NCBI RefSeq assembly: GCF_009914755.1
Contig: NC_060948.1
DNA: 64,000 bases
Source of the DNA: the human T2T-CHM13v2.0 reference genome, Homo sapiens
Strand: one strand, 5' to 3'
Shown: piece by piece, positions 1 through 22,011 of the stretch
Position numbering within the stretch: the stretch's first letter is position 1
Layout: each line of letters begins with the position of its first letter
Program-made: the position numbers and the translations under genes
Notes under the pieces: generated by a model
What the model was told of the DNA's origin: nothing
Databases searched by the model: none
Seen by the model: only the letters and a program-made list of their open reading frames with translations

Positions 1-266
<266 letters not shown>

Positions 267-838
267 AGATCCATATTTTTTAAATGAAAAAAAATTTCAA
301 AGGTACTCTGCTTGGTACAATAATCAAATGTATAAACTGAGGAATAAAACATAACCATGAAACCTACTTATAACTGCATATGGAAAATACAGAGGATAAT
401 TTTTTAAATAACATATTTTGAAAGCCTTAACTAGTAATTAGAAGAGTTGGCATTTGAAAGGCCAGTATGAATATACCTTCAAAGCAGCAACACAGGTTCC
501 CCATGAGAAAAAGCAAACACAGGGAAAATAAAAACACAAAGGTTCAATCTCTTCTGACCTTTGAAAGACACAGCACAGACAGTGGTCCTTAGGACGAAGA
601 GCAGGAGACCCCTAATTCCGTCACCATGGCGATAGGGCATAAACATTGCTGGGTGAGGGCACAATCCACATTGTGAGGTCCAACTGCTGCCAGGAAGACA
701 GGAGTGCTTTTACATAGACCGAAAGGTCATTGAAGGCTCAGAGTTTTGTTTCAAGAACTGAATCCCAAGCCCACACGTTATTAGGCTGCGCTTCTTAAAA
801 CAAGTTATGAGATGGGAAAAAGGGCACCCACAAACATA
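267..838. repeat. HSATI-like middle segment of the DYZ2 unit (unit 1; present at about offset +266 to +837 in every unit)
   Basis: Non-Alu, moderately GC-rich segment between the Alu 5' end and the AT-rich tract, nearly invariant between copies. The name comes from knowledge of DYZ2 composition, not from an alignment. Boundaries are approximate. Confidence 0.75.
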
Positions 839-2678
<1,840 letters not shown>

Positions 2679-3250
2679 AGATCCATATTTTTTAAATGAA
2701 AAAAAATTTCAAAGGTACTCTGCTTGGTACAATAATCAAATGTATAAACTGAGGAATAAAACATAACCATGAAACCTACTTATAACTGCATATGGAAAAT
2801 ACAGAGGATAATTTTTTAAATAACATATTTTGAAAGCCTTAACTAGTAATTTGAAGAGTTGGCATTTGAAAGGCCAGTATGAATATACCTTCAAAGCAGC
2901 AACACAGGTTCCCCATGAGAAAAAGCAAACACAGGGAAAATAAAAACACAAAGGTTCAATCTCTTCTGACCTTTGAAAGACACAGCACAGACAGTGGTCC
3001 TTAGGACGAAGAGCAGGAGACCCCTAATTCCGTCACCATGGCGATAGGGCATAAACATAGCTGGGTGAGGGCACAATCCACATTGTGAGGTCCAACTGCT
3101 GCCAGGAAGACAGGAGTGCTTTTACATAGACCGAAAGGTCATTGAAGGCTCAGAGTTTTGTTTCAAGAACTGAATCCCAAGCCCACACGTTATTAGGCTG
3201 CGCTTCTTAAAACAAGTTATGAGATGGGAAAAAGGGCACCCACAAACATA
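2679..3250. repeat. HSATI-like segment, unit 2 (representative)
   Basis: Copy of 267-838 at offset 2412. Confidence 0.75.
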
Positions 3251-5098
<1,848 letters not shown>

Positions 5099-7203
5099 AG
5101 ATCCATATTTTTTAAATGAAAAAAAATTTCAAAGGTACTCTGCTTGGTACAATAATCAAATGTATAAACTGAGGAATAAAACATAACCATGAAACCTACT
5201 TATAACTGCATATGGAAAATACAGAGGATAATTTTTTAAATAACATATTTTGAAAGCCTTAACTAGTAATTTGAAGAGTTGGCATTTGAAAGGCCAGTAT
5301 GAATATACCTTCAAAGCAGCAACACAGGTTCCCCATGAGAAAAAGCAAACACAGGGAAAATAAAAACACAAAGGTTCAATCTCTTCTGACCTTTGAAAGA
5401 CACAGCACAGACAGTGGTCCTTAGGACGAAGAGCAGGAGACCCCTAATTCCGTCACCATGGCGATAGGGCATAAACATTGCTGGGTGAGGGCACAATCCA
5501 CATTGTGAGGTCCAACTGCTGCCAGGAAGACAGGAGTGCTTTTACATAGACCGAAAGGTCATTGAAGGCTCAGAGTTTTGTTTCAAGAACTGAATCCCAA
5601 GCCCACACGTTATTAGGCTGCGCTTCTTTAAACAAGTTATGAGATGGGAAAAAGGGCACCCACAAACATACGTATACATTATGTATATAATAATATACAG
5701 TATCATATATATAATATATATAACCTATGTATAATATTGTTTTACATCCTGCATCTTATGTTATATATATTGTATAAAATATAATAATTGATAATATATA
5801 AGTTTTATATTTATACAATATGACATATAGTATATATTATAATTTATGACATATATAATATATGTTATATATCATATATAGAATATATTATACGGTTAAT
5901 ATACGTATTAAATATAAATTATACATTATATATATTATATATAATATATCTGTTATATATAATACCCATTATGCATAATATATATATTATGTCTATGTTA
6001 TATATAGTATAAAACAACATATAATAATATATAATTGTATATATAAAATGCGACATATAATATATATTATATTTTATGACATATGTAATATATATTATAT
6101 ATTATATATAATACGTTGTATGTATAATACCTATATTAAATATATATTATATGACTATGTTATTAATTACATGTCACATGTGTTATATATTATTTATTTT
6201 ACATAGAATATACCGGTTACATACAATATATACTATGTTACCTATAATGTATAATTTATTACATGTAAAATAAAGAATGCAATATATTATGTATAATTTA
6301 TAATATACCATATGTGGAATGTGATATATATAACATATAATATATGATATATGATATACAGTATATGATATATAACATACAATATATGATTCCTAATATA
6401 TATGGTATACTATATATATTTTATGATATGTATTCTATATGTTTTATATTCTGTTATATATAACTATTTGAAATTATATATAACTGTATAATATTTTATG
6501 TAAATATGTAATATAATATATATAACTATATAATATATTATATATAACTATATATTATGTTATATATACTTTTATAACATAATTTACCTAAAATATCATA
6601 ATATAATATATATTATATTATTTCATATTACATAATATATATTACATATCACCCAATATAACTAACATACATAATATTATAATATAGATTATATTGTGTT
6701 ATATTAAATATCATATATATCATGTATCATATATTCTATAATATATATTACACATTATATAATATGTATGTTGTCTATTATGTGATATATATAACTATAT
6801 ATATAATTATATTTTTATACATATAACTAGATAAACATGTAATTCTACATATTTTCATTTATAATATGTAGAATTATATAATCATATATAATTATTTATA
6901 TTCTATAAAAAATTTTATCTTTATATAAATTATAATATATAAAAATTATAATATGTACTTCAAATATATATATTATATATCATATATGCTATAGTACCTT
7001 TGTTATATATCATAATACATATAAATGTGTATTATGTTATCTATAATTATATAATTTCATATATAAGTTGTATAATATGTATCATATATTATATATGTTA
7101 TGTAATATATATAGTATATATAAGATGACACAGGATAAATATTATATACTATGACATATAAAATATATGAGGTTATATGTTACATATAAGGCATAGCACA
7201 TAA

Positions 7204-7518
<315 letters not shown>

Positions 7519-9616
7519 AGATCCATATTTTTTAAATGAAAAAAAATTTCAAAGGTACTCTGCTTGGTATAATAATCAAATGTATAAACTGAGGAATAAA
7601 ACATAACCATGAAACCTACTTATAACTGCATATGGAAAATACAGAGGATAATTTTTTAAATAACAAATTTTGAAAGCCTTAACTAGTAATTTGAAGAGCT
7701 GGCATTTGAAAGGCCAGTATGAATATACCTTCAAAGCAGCAACACAGGTTCCCCATGAGAAAAAGCAAACACAGGGAAAGTAAAAACACAAAGGTTCAAT
7801 CTCTTCTGACCTTTGAAAGACACAGCACAGACAGTGGTCCTTAGGACGAAGAGCAGGAGACCCCTAATTCCGTCACCATGGCGATAGGGCATAAACATTG
7901 CTGGGTGAGGGCACAATCCACATTGTGAGGTCCAACTGCTGCCAGGAAGACAGGAGTGCTTTTACATAGACCGAAAGGTCATTGAAGGCTCAGAGTTTTG
8001 TTTCAAGAACTGAATCCCAAGCCCACACGTTATTAGGCTGCGCTTCTTAAAACAAGTTATGAGATGGGAAAAAGGGCACCCACAAACATACGTATACATT
8101 ATGTATATAATAATATAGAGTGTCATATATATAATATATATAACCTATGTATAATATTGTTTTACATCCTGCATCTTATGTTATATATATTGTATAAAAT
8201 ATAATAATTGATAATATATAAGTTTTATATTTATACAATATGACATATAGTATATATTATACTTTATGACATATATAATATATGTTATATATCATATATA
8301 GAATATATTATACGGTTAATATACGTATTAAATATAAATTATACATTATATATATTATATATAATATATCTGTTATATATAATACCCATTATGCATAATA
8401 TATATATTATGTCTATGTTATATATAGTATAAAACAACATATAATAATATATAATTGTATATATAAAATGCGACATATAATATATATTATATTTTATAAC
8501 ATATGTAATATATATTATATATAATACGTTGTATGTATAATACCTATATTAAATATATATTATATGACTATGTTATTAATTACATGTCACATGTGTTATA
8601 TATTATATATTTTACATAGAATATACCGGTTACATACAATATATACTATGTTACCTATAATGTATAATTTTTTACATGTAAAATAAAGAATGCAATATAT
8701 TATGTAAAATTTATAATATACCATATTTGGAATGTGATATATATAAAATATAATATATGATATATGATATACAGTATATGATATATAACATACAATATAT
8801 GATTCCTAATATATATGGTATACAATATATATTTTATGATATGTATTCTATATGTTTTATATTCTGTTATATATAACTATTTGAAATTATATATAACTGT
8901 ATAATATTTTATGTAAATATGTAATATAATATATATAACTATATAATATATTATATATAACTATATATAATGTTATATATACTTTTATAACATAATTTAC
9001 ATAAAATATCATAATATAATATATATTATATTATTTCATATTACATAATATATATTACATATCACCCAATATAACTAACATACATAATATTATAATATAG
9101 ATTATATTGTGTTATATTAAATATCATATATATCATGTATCATATATTCTATAATATATATTACACATTATATATTATGTATGTTGTCTATTATGTGATA
9201 TATATAACTATATATATAATTATATTTTTATACATATAACTAGATAAACATGTAATTCTACATATTTTCATTTATAATATGTAGAATTATATAATCATAT
9301 ATAATTATTTATATTCTATAAAAAATTTTATCATTATATAAATTATAATATATAAAAATTATAATATGTACTACAAATATATATATTATATATCATATAT
9401 GCAATAGTACCTTTGTTATATATCATAATACATATAAATGTGTATTATGTTATCTATAATTATATAATTTCATATATAAGTTGTATAATATGTAACATAT
9501 ATTATATATGTTATGTAATATATATAGTATATATAAGATGACACAGGATAAATATTATATACTATGACATATAAAATATATGAGGTTATATGTTACATAT
9601 AAGGCATAGCACATAA

Positions 9617-9931
<315 letters not shown>

Positions 9932-12029
9932 AGATCCATATTCTTTAAATGAAAAAAAATTTCAAAGGTACTCTGCTTGGTACAATAATCAAATGTATAA
10001 ACTGAGGAATAAAACATAACCATGAAACCTACTTATAACTGCATATGGAAAATACAGAGGATAATTTTTTAAATAACATATTTTGAAAGCCTTAACTAGT
10101 AATTTGAAGAGCTGGCATTTGAAAGGCCAGTATGAATATACCTTCAAAGCAGCAACACAGGTTCCCCATGAGAAAAAGCAAACACAGGGAAAGTAAAAAC
10201 ACAAAGGTTCAATCTCTTCTGACCTTTGAAAGACACAGCACAGACAGTGGTCCTTAGGACGAAGAGCAGGAGACCCCTAATTCCGTCACCATGGCGATAG
10301 GGCATAAACATTGCTGGGTGAGGGCACAATCCACATTGTGAGGTCCAACTGCTGCCAGGAAGACAGGAGTGCTTTTACATAGACCGAAAGGTCATTGAAG
10401 GCTCAGAGTTTTGTTTCAAGAACTGAATCCCAAGCCCACACGTTATTAGGCTGCGCTTCTTAAAACAAGTTATGAGATGGGAAAAAGGGCACCCACAAAC
10501 ATACGTATACATTATGTATATAATAATATACAGTATCATATATATAATATATATAACCTATGTATAATATTGTTTTACATCCTGCATCTTATGTTATATA
10601 TATTGTATAAAATATAATAATTGATAATATATAAGTTTTATAATTATACAATAAGACATATAGTATATATTATAATTTATGACATATGTAATATATGTTA
10701 TATCTCATATATAGATTATATTATACGGTTAATATACGTATTAAATATAAATTATACATTATATATATTATATATAATATATCTGTTATATATAATACCC
10801 ATTATGCATAATATATATATTATGTCTATGTTATATATAGTATAAAACAACATATAATAATATATAATTGTATATATAAAATGCGACATATAATATATAT
10901 TATATTTTATAACATATGTAATATATATTATATATAATACGTTGTATGTATAATACCTATATTAAATATATATTATATGACTATGTTATTAATTACATGT
11001 CACATGTGTTATATATTATATATTTTACATAGAATATACCGGTTACATACAATATATACTATGTTACCTATAATGTATAATTTATTACATGTAAAATAAA
11101 GAATGCAATATATTATGTATAATTTATAATATACAATATGTGGAATGTGATATATGTAACATATAATATATGATATATGATATACAGTATATGATATATA
11201 ACATACAATATATGATTCCTAATATATATTGTATACAATATATATTTTATGATATGTATTCTATATGTTTTATATTCTGTTATATATAACTATTTGAAAT
11301 TATATATAACTGTATAATATTTTATGTAAATATGTAATATAATATATATAACTATATAATATATTATATATAACTATATATTATGTTATATATACTTTTA
11401 TAACATAATTTACATAAAATATCATAATATAATATATATTATATTATTTCATATTACATAATATATATTACATATCACCCAATATAACTAACATACATAA
11501 TATTATAATATAGATTATATTATGTTATATTAAATATCATATATATCATGTATCATATATTCTATAATATATATTACACATTATATAATGTGTATGTTGT
11601 CTATTATGTGATATATATAACTCTATATATAATTATATTTTTATACATATAACTAGATAAACATGTAATTTTACATATTTTCATTTATAATATATAGAAT
11701 TATATAATCATATATAATTATTTATATTCTATAAAAAATTTTATCATTATATAAATTATAATATATAAAAATTATAATATGTACTACAAATATATATATT
11801 ATATATCATATATGATATAGTACCTTTGTTATATATCATAATACATATAAATGTGTATTATGTTATCTATAATTATATAATTTCATATATAGGATGTATA
11901 ATATGTATCATATATTATATATGTTATGTAATATATATAGTATATATAAGATGACACATGATAAATATTATATACTATGACATATAAAATATATGAGGTT
12001 ATATGTTACATATAAGGCATAGCACATAA

Positions 12030-12344
<315 letters not shown>

Positions 12345-14444
12345 AGATCCATATTTTTTAAATGAAAAAAAATTTCAAAGGTACTCTGCTTGGTACAATA
12401 ATCAAATGTATAAACTGAGGAATAAAACATAACCATGAAACCTACTTATAACTGCATATGGAAAATACAGGGGATAATTTTTTAAATAACATATTTTGAA
12501 AGCCTTAACTAGTAATTTGAAGAGTTGGCATTTGAAAGGCCAGTATGAATATACCTTCAAAGCAGCAACACAGGTTCCCCATGAGAAAAAGCAAACACAG
12601 GGAAAATAAAAACACAAAGGTTCAATCTCTTCTGACCTTTGAAAGACACAGCACAGACAGTGGTCCTTAGGACGAAGAGCAGGAGACCCCTAATTCCGTC
12701 ACCATGGCGATAGGGCATAAACATTGCTGGGTGAGGGCACAATCCACATTGTGAGGTCCAACTGCTGCCAGGAAGACAGGAGTGCTTTTACATAGACCGA
12801 AAGGTCATTGAAGGCTCAGAGTTTTGTTTCAAGAACTGAATCCCAAGCCCACACGTTATTAGGCTGCGCTTCTTAAAACAAGTTATGAGATGGGAAAAAG
12901 GGCACCCACAAACATACGTATACATTATGTATATAATAATATACAGTATCATATATATAATATATATAACCTATGTATAATATTGTTTTACATCCTGCAT
13001 CTTATGTTATATATATTGTATAAAATATAATAATTGATAATATATAAGTTTTATAATTATACAATATGACATATAGTATATATTATAATTTATGACATAT
13101 ATAATATATGTTATATATCATATATAGAATATATTATACGGTTAATATACGTATTAAATATAAATTATACATTATATATATTATATATAATATATCTGTT
13201 ATATATAATACCCATTATGCATAATACATATATTATGTCTATGTTATATATAGTATAAAACAACATATAATAATATATAATTGTATATATAAAATGCGAC
13301 ATATAATATATATTATATTTTATAACATATGTAATATATATTATATATAATACGTTGTATGTATAATACCTATATTAAATATATATTATATGACTGTGTT
13401 ATTAATTACATGTCACATGTGTTATATATTATATATTTTACATAGAATATACCGGTTACATACAATATATACTATGTTACCTATAATGTATAATTTATTA
13501 CATGTAAAATAAAGAATGCAATATATTATGTATAATTTATAATATACAATATGTGGAATGTGATATATGTAACATATAATATATGATATATGATATACAG
13601 TATATGATATATAACATACAATATATGATTCCTAATATATATGGTATACAATATATATTTTATGATATGTATTCTATATGTTTTATATTCTGTTATGTAT
13701 AACTATTTGAAATTATATATAACTGTATAATATTTTATGTAAATATGTAATATAATATATATAACTATATAATATATTATATATAACTATATATTATGTT
13801 ATATATACTTTTATAACATAATTTACATAAAATATCATAATATAATATATATTATAATATTTCATATTACATAATATATATTACATATCACCCAATATAA
13901 CTAACATACATAATATTATAATATAGATTATATTATGTTATGTTAAATATCATATATATCATGTATCATATATTCTATAATATATATTACACATTATATA
14001 ATATGTATGTTGTCAATTATGTGATATATATAACTATATATATAATTATATTTTTATACATATAACTAGATAAACATGTAATTCTACATATTTTCATTTA
14101 TAATATGTAGAATTATATAATCATATATAATTATTAATATTCTATAAAAAATTTTATCATTATATAAATTATAATGTATAAAAATTATAATATGTACTAC
14201 AAATATATATATATTATATATCATATATGATATAGTACCTTTGTTATATATCATAATACATATAAATGTGTATTATGTTATCTATAATTATATAATTTCA
14301 TATATAAGATGTATAATATGTATCATATATTATATAGGTTATGTAATATATATAGTATATATAAGATGACACAGGATAAATATTATATACTATGACATAT
14401 AAAATATATGAGGTTATATGTTACATATAAGGCATAGCACATAA

Positions 14445-14758
<314 letters not shown>

Positions 14759-16881
14759 AGATCCATATTTTTTAAATGAAAAAAAATTTCAAAGGTACTC
14801 TGCTTGGTACAATAATCAAATGTATAAACTGAGGAATAAAACATAACCATGAAACCTACTTATAACTGCATATGGAAAATACAGAGGATAATTTTTTAAA
14901 TAACATATTTTGAAAGCCTTAACTAGTAATTTGAAGAGTTGGCATTTGAAAGGCCAGTATGAATATACCTTCAAAGCAGCAACACAGGTTCCCCATGAGA
15001 AAAAGCAAACACAGGGAAAATAAAAACACAAAGGTTCAATCTCTTCTGACCTTTGAAAGACACAGCACAGACAGTGGTCCTTAGGACGAAGAGCAGGAGA
15101 CCCCTAATTCCGTCACCATGGCGATAGGGCATAAACATTGCTGGGTGAGGGCACAATCCACATTGTGAGGTCCAACTGCTGCCAGGAAGACAGGAGTGCT
15201 TTTACATAGACCGAAAGGTCATTGAAGGCTCAGAGTTTTGTTTCAAGAACTGAATCCCAAGCCCACACGTTATTAGGCTGCGCTTCTTAAAACAAGTTAT
15301 GAGATGAGAAAAAGGGCACCCACAAACATACGTATACATTATGTATATAATAATATACAGTATCATATATATAATATATATAACCTATGTATAATATTGT
15401 TTTACATCCTGCATCCTATGTTATATATATTGTATAAAATATAATAATTGATAATATATAAGTTTTATAATTATACAATATGACATATAGTATATATTAT
15501 AATTTATGACATATATAATATATGTTATATATCATATATAGAATATATTATACGGTTAATATACGTATTAAATATAAATTATACATTATATATATTATAT
15601 ATAATATATCTGTTATATATAATACCCATTATGCATAATATATATATTATGTCTATGTTATATATAGTATAAAACAACATATAATAATATATAATTGTAT
15701 ATATAAAATGCGACATAAAATATATATTATATTTTATAACATATGTAATATATATTATATATAATACGTTGTATGTATAATACCTATATTAAATATATAT
15801 TATATGACTGTGTTATTAATTACATGTCACATGTGTTATATATTATATATTTTACATAGAATATACCGGTTACATACAATATATACTATGTTACCTATAA
15901 TGTATAATTTATTACATGTAAAATAAAGAATGCAATATATTATGTATAATTTATAATATACAATATGTGGAATGTGATATATGTAACATATAATATATGA
16001 TATATGATATACAGTATATGATATATAACATACAATATATGATTCCTAATATATATGGTATACAATATATATTTTATGATATGTATTCTATATGTTTTAT
16101 ATTCTGTTATGTATAACTATTTGAAATTATATATAACTGTATAATATTTTATGTAAATATGTAATATAATATATATAACTATATAATATATTATATATAA
16201 CTATATATTATGTTATATATACTTTTATAACATAATTTACATAAAATATCATAATATAATATATAGTATAATATTTCATATTACATAATATATATTACAT
16301 ATCACCCAATATAACTAACATACATAATATTATAATATAGATTATATTATGTTATATTAAATATCATATATATCATGTATCATATATTCTATAATATATA
16401 TTACACATTATATAATATGTATGTTGTCTATTATGTGATATATATAACTATATATATAATTATATTTTTATACATATAACTGGATAAACATGTAATTCTA
16501 CATATTTTCATTTATAATATGTAGAATTATATAATCACATATAATTATTTATATTCTATAAAAAATTTTATCATTATATAAATTATAATATATAAAAATT
16601 ATAATATGTACTACAAATATATATATATTATATATCATATATGATATAGTACCTTTGTTATATATCATAATACATATAAATGTGTATTATGTTATCTATA
16701 ATTATATAATTTCATATATAAGATGTATAATATGTATCATATATTATATATGTTATGTAATATATATAGTATATATAAGATTACACAGGATAAATATTAT
16801 ATACTATGACATATAAAATATATGAGGTTATATGTTACATATAAGGCATAGCACATAACATGTAATATATATCATGTATAA

Positions 16882-17173
16882 TTTTTTTTTAGACAGAATC
16901 TTGTCCTGTTGCACAGGGTGGGGTAAAATGGCGCCATCTTTGCTCACTGCAACTTCTGCCTCACGGGTCCAAGCGATTGTCCTCCCTCAGCCTCCCAGGT
17001 AGCTGGGACTACACCACACTGGGACTACACCAGCTGCCACCATGCCTAGCTAATTTTTTGGATTTTTAGTAGTGACAGCGTTTCACTGTATTGGCCAGGA
17101 TGGTCTTGATCTCTTCACCTTGTGATTCCCTTGCCTTGGCCTCCAAATTTGCTGGGATTACAGGCCTGAGCCA
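16882..17173 (-). mobile_element. Alu fragment, unit 8
   Basis: Copy of the unit Alu. Confidence 0.95.
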
Positions 17174-19276
17174 AGATCCATATTTTTTAAATGAAAAAAA
17201 ATTTCAAAGGTACTCTGCTTGGTACAATAATCAAATGTATAAACTGAGGAATAAAACATAACCATGAAACCTACTTATAACTGCATATGGAAAATACAGA
17301 GGATAATTTTTTAAATAACATATTTTGAAAGCCTTAACTAGTAATTTGAAGAGTTGGCATTTGAAAGGCCAGTATGAATATACCTTCAAAGCAGCAACAC
17401 AGGTTCCCCATGAGAAAAAGCAAACACAGGGAAAATAAAAACACAAAGGTTCAATCTCTTCTGACCTTTGAAAGACACAGCACAGACAGTGGTCCTTAGG
17501 ACGAAGAGCAGGAGACCCCTAATTCCGTCACCATGGCGATAGGGCATAAACATTGCTGGGTGAGGGCACAATCCACATTGTGAGGTCCAACTGCTGCCAG
17601 GAAGACAGGAGTGCTTTTACATAGACCGAAAGGTCATTGAAGGCTCAGAGTTTTGTTTCAAGAACTGAATCCCAAGCCCACACGTTATTAGGCTGCGCTT
17701 CTTAAAACAAGTTATGAGATGGGAAAAAGGGCACCCACAAACATACGTATACATTATGTATATAATAATATACAGTATCATATATATAATATATATAACC
17801 TATGTATAATATTGTTTTACATCCTGCATCCTATGTTATATATATTGTATAAAATATAATAATTGATAATATATAAGTTTTATAATTATACAATATGACA
17901 TATAGTATATATTATAATTTATGACATATATAATATATGTTATATATCATATATAGAATATATTATACGGTTAATATACGTATTAAATATAAATTATACA
18001 TTATATATATTATATATAATATATCTGTTATATATAATACCCATTATGCATAATATATATATTATGTCTATGTTATATATAGTATAAAACAACATATAAT
18101 AATATATAATTGTATATATAAAATGCGACATATAATATATATTATATTTTATAACATATGTAATATATATTATATATTATATATAATACGTTGTATGTAT
18201 AATACCTATATTAAATATATATAATATGACTATGTTATTAATTACATGTCACATGTGTTATATATTATATATTTTACATAGAATATACCGGTTACATACA
18301 ATATATACTATGTTACCTATAATGTCTAATTTATTACATGTAAAATAAAGAATGCAATATATTATGTAAAATTTATAATATACAATATGTGGAATGTGAT
18401 ATATATAACATATAATATATGATATATGATATACGGTATATGATATATAACATACAATATATGATTCCTAATATATATGGTATACAATATATATTTTATG
18501 ATATGTATTCTATATGTTTTATATTCTGTTATATATAACTATTTGAAATTATATATAACTGTATAATATTTTATGTAAATATGAAATATAATATATATAA
18601 CTATATACTATATTATATATAACTATATATTATGTTATATATACTTTTATAACATAATTTACATAAAATATCATAATATAATATATATTATATTATTTCA
18701 TATTACATAATATATATTACATATCACCCAATATAACTAACATACATAATATTATAATATAGATTATATTATGTTATATTAAATATCATATATATCATGT
18801 ATCATATATTCTATAATATATATTACACATTATATAATATGTATGTTGTCTATTATGTGATATATATAAATATATATAATTATATTTTTATACATATAAG
18901 TAGATAAACATGTAATTCTACATATTTTCATTTATAATATGTAGAATTATATAATCATGTATAATTATTTATATTCTATAAAAAATTTTATCATTATATA
19001 AATTATAATATATAAAAATTATAATATGTACTACAAATATATATATTATATATCATATATGATATAGTACCTTTGTTATATATCATAATACATATAAATG
19101 TGTATTATGTTATCTATAATTATATAATTTCATATATAAGATGTATAATATGTATCATATATTATAGATGTTATGTAATATATATAGTATATATAAGATG
19201 TCACAGGATAAATATTATATACTATGACATATAAAATATATGAGGTTATATGTTACATATAAGGCATAGCACATAA

Positions 19277-19591
<315 letters not shown>

Positions 19592-21696
19592 AGATCCATA
19601 TTTTTTAAATGAAAAAAAATTTCAACGGTACTCTGCTTGGTACAATAATCAAATGTATAAACTGAGGAATAAAACATAACCATGAAACCTACTTATAACT
19701 GCATATGGAAAATACAGAGGATAATTTTTTAAATAACATATTTTGAAAGCCTTAACTAGTAATTTGAAGAGTTGGCATTTGAAAGGCCAGTATGAATATA
19801 CCTTCAAAGCAGCAACACAGGTTCCCCATGAGAAAAAGCAAACACAGGGAAAATAAAAACACAAAGGTTCAATCTCTTCTGACCTTTGAAAGACACAGCA
19901 CAGACAGTGGTCCTTAGGACGAAGAGCAGGAGACCCCTAATTCCGTCACCATGGCGATAGGGCATAAACATTGCTGGGTGAGGGCACAATCCACATTGTG
20001 AGGTCCAACTGCTGCCAGGAAGACAGGAGTGCTTTTACATAGACCGAAAGGTCATTGAAGGCTCAGAGTTTTGTTTCAAGAACTGAATCCCAAGCCCACA
20101 CGTTATTAGGCTGCGCTTCTTAAAACAAGTTATGAGATGGGAAAAAGGGCACCCACAAACATACGTATACATTATGTACATAATAATATACAGTATCATA
20201 TATATAATATATATAACCTATGTATAATATTGTTTTACATCCTGCATCTTATGTTATATATATTGTATAAAATATAATAACTGATAATATATAAGTTTTA
20301 TAATTATACAATATGACATATAGTATATATTATAATTTATGACATATATAATATATGTTATATATCATATATAGAATATATTATACGGTTAATATACGTA
20401 TTAAATATAAATTATATATTATATATATTATATATAATATATCTGTTATATATAATACCCATTATGCATAATATATATATTATGTCTATATTATATATAG
20501 TATAAAACAACATATAATAATATATAATTGTATATATAAAATGCGACATATAATATATATTATATTTTATAACATATGTAATATATATTATATATTATAT
20601 ATAATACGTTGTATGTATAATACCTATATTAAATATATATTATATGACTATGTTATTAATTACATGTCACATGTGTTATATATTATATATTTTACGTAGA
20701 ATATACCGGTTACATACAATATATACTATGATACCTATAATGTATAATTTATTACATGTAAAATAAAGAATGCAATATATTATGTATAATTTATAATATA
20801 CAATATGTGGAATGTGATATATATAACATATAATATATGATATATGATATACAGTATATGATATATAACATACAGTATATGATTCCTAATATATATGGTA
20901 TACAATATATATTTTATGATATGTATTCTATATGTTTTATATTCTGTTATATATAACTATTTGAAATTATATATAACTGTATAATATTTTATGTAAATAT
21001 GTAATATAATATATATAAGTATATAATATATTATATATAACTATATATTATGTTATATATACTTTTATAACATAATTTACATAAAATATCATAATATAAT
21101 ATATATTATATTATTTCATATTACATAATATATATTACATATCACCCAATATAACTAACATACATAATATTATAATATAGATTATATTATGTTATATTAA
21201 ATATCATATATATCATGTATCATATATTCTATAATATATATTACACATTATATAATATGTATGTTGTCTATTATGTGATATATATAACTATATATATAAT
21301 TATATTTTTATACATATAACTAGATAAACATGTAATTCTACATCTTTTCATTTATAATATGTAGAATTATATAATCATATATAATTATTTATATTCTATA
21401 AAAAATTTTATCATTATATATATTATAATATATAAAAATTATAATATGTACTACACATATATATATTATATATCATATATGATATAGTACCATTGTTATA
21501 TATCATAATACATATAAATGTGTATTATGTTATCTATAATTATATAATTTCATATATAAGATGTATAATATGTATCATATATTATATATGTTATGTAATA
21601 TATATAGTATATATAAGATGACACAGGATAAATATTATATACTATGACATATAAAATATATGAGGTTATATGTTACATATAAGGCATAGCACATAA

Positions 21697-22011
<315 letters not shown>

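Noticed and set aside
343-532. AATAAA hexamers and abundant TATA-like motifs as polyadenylation or promoter signals
   Set aside because: Expected by chance at this AT content, with no gene context.
479-664. 61-aa minus-strand ORF (MCPHPAMFMPY...) present in all 27 units
   Set aside because: Short, no recognisable domain, lies in the satellite segment and begins at a non-ATG codon. Its conservation simply reflects near-identity of the units.
2736-2951. 71-aa minus-strand ORF (MCFYFPCVCF...) in 26 units
   Set aside because: The F/Y/L/K-rich composition is what AT-rich DNA gives by chance. It overlaps the 61-aa ORF in another frame, is broken in U1, and has no evidence of coding.
10621-10845. 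Sporadic Ile/Tyr/Asn-rich ORFs (also 22701, 25121, 39386, 59243) and the Alu-overlapping ORF at 7428
   Set aside because: Translations of low-complexity TA sequence or Alu sequence, opened by single substitutions that remove a stop codon.
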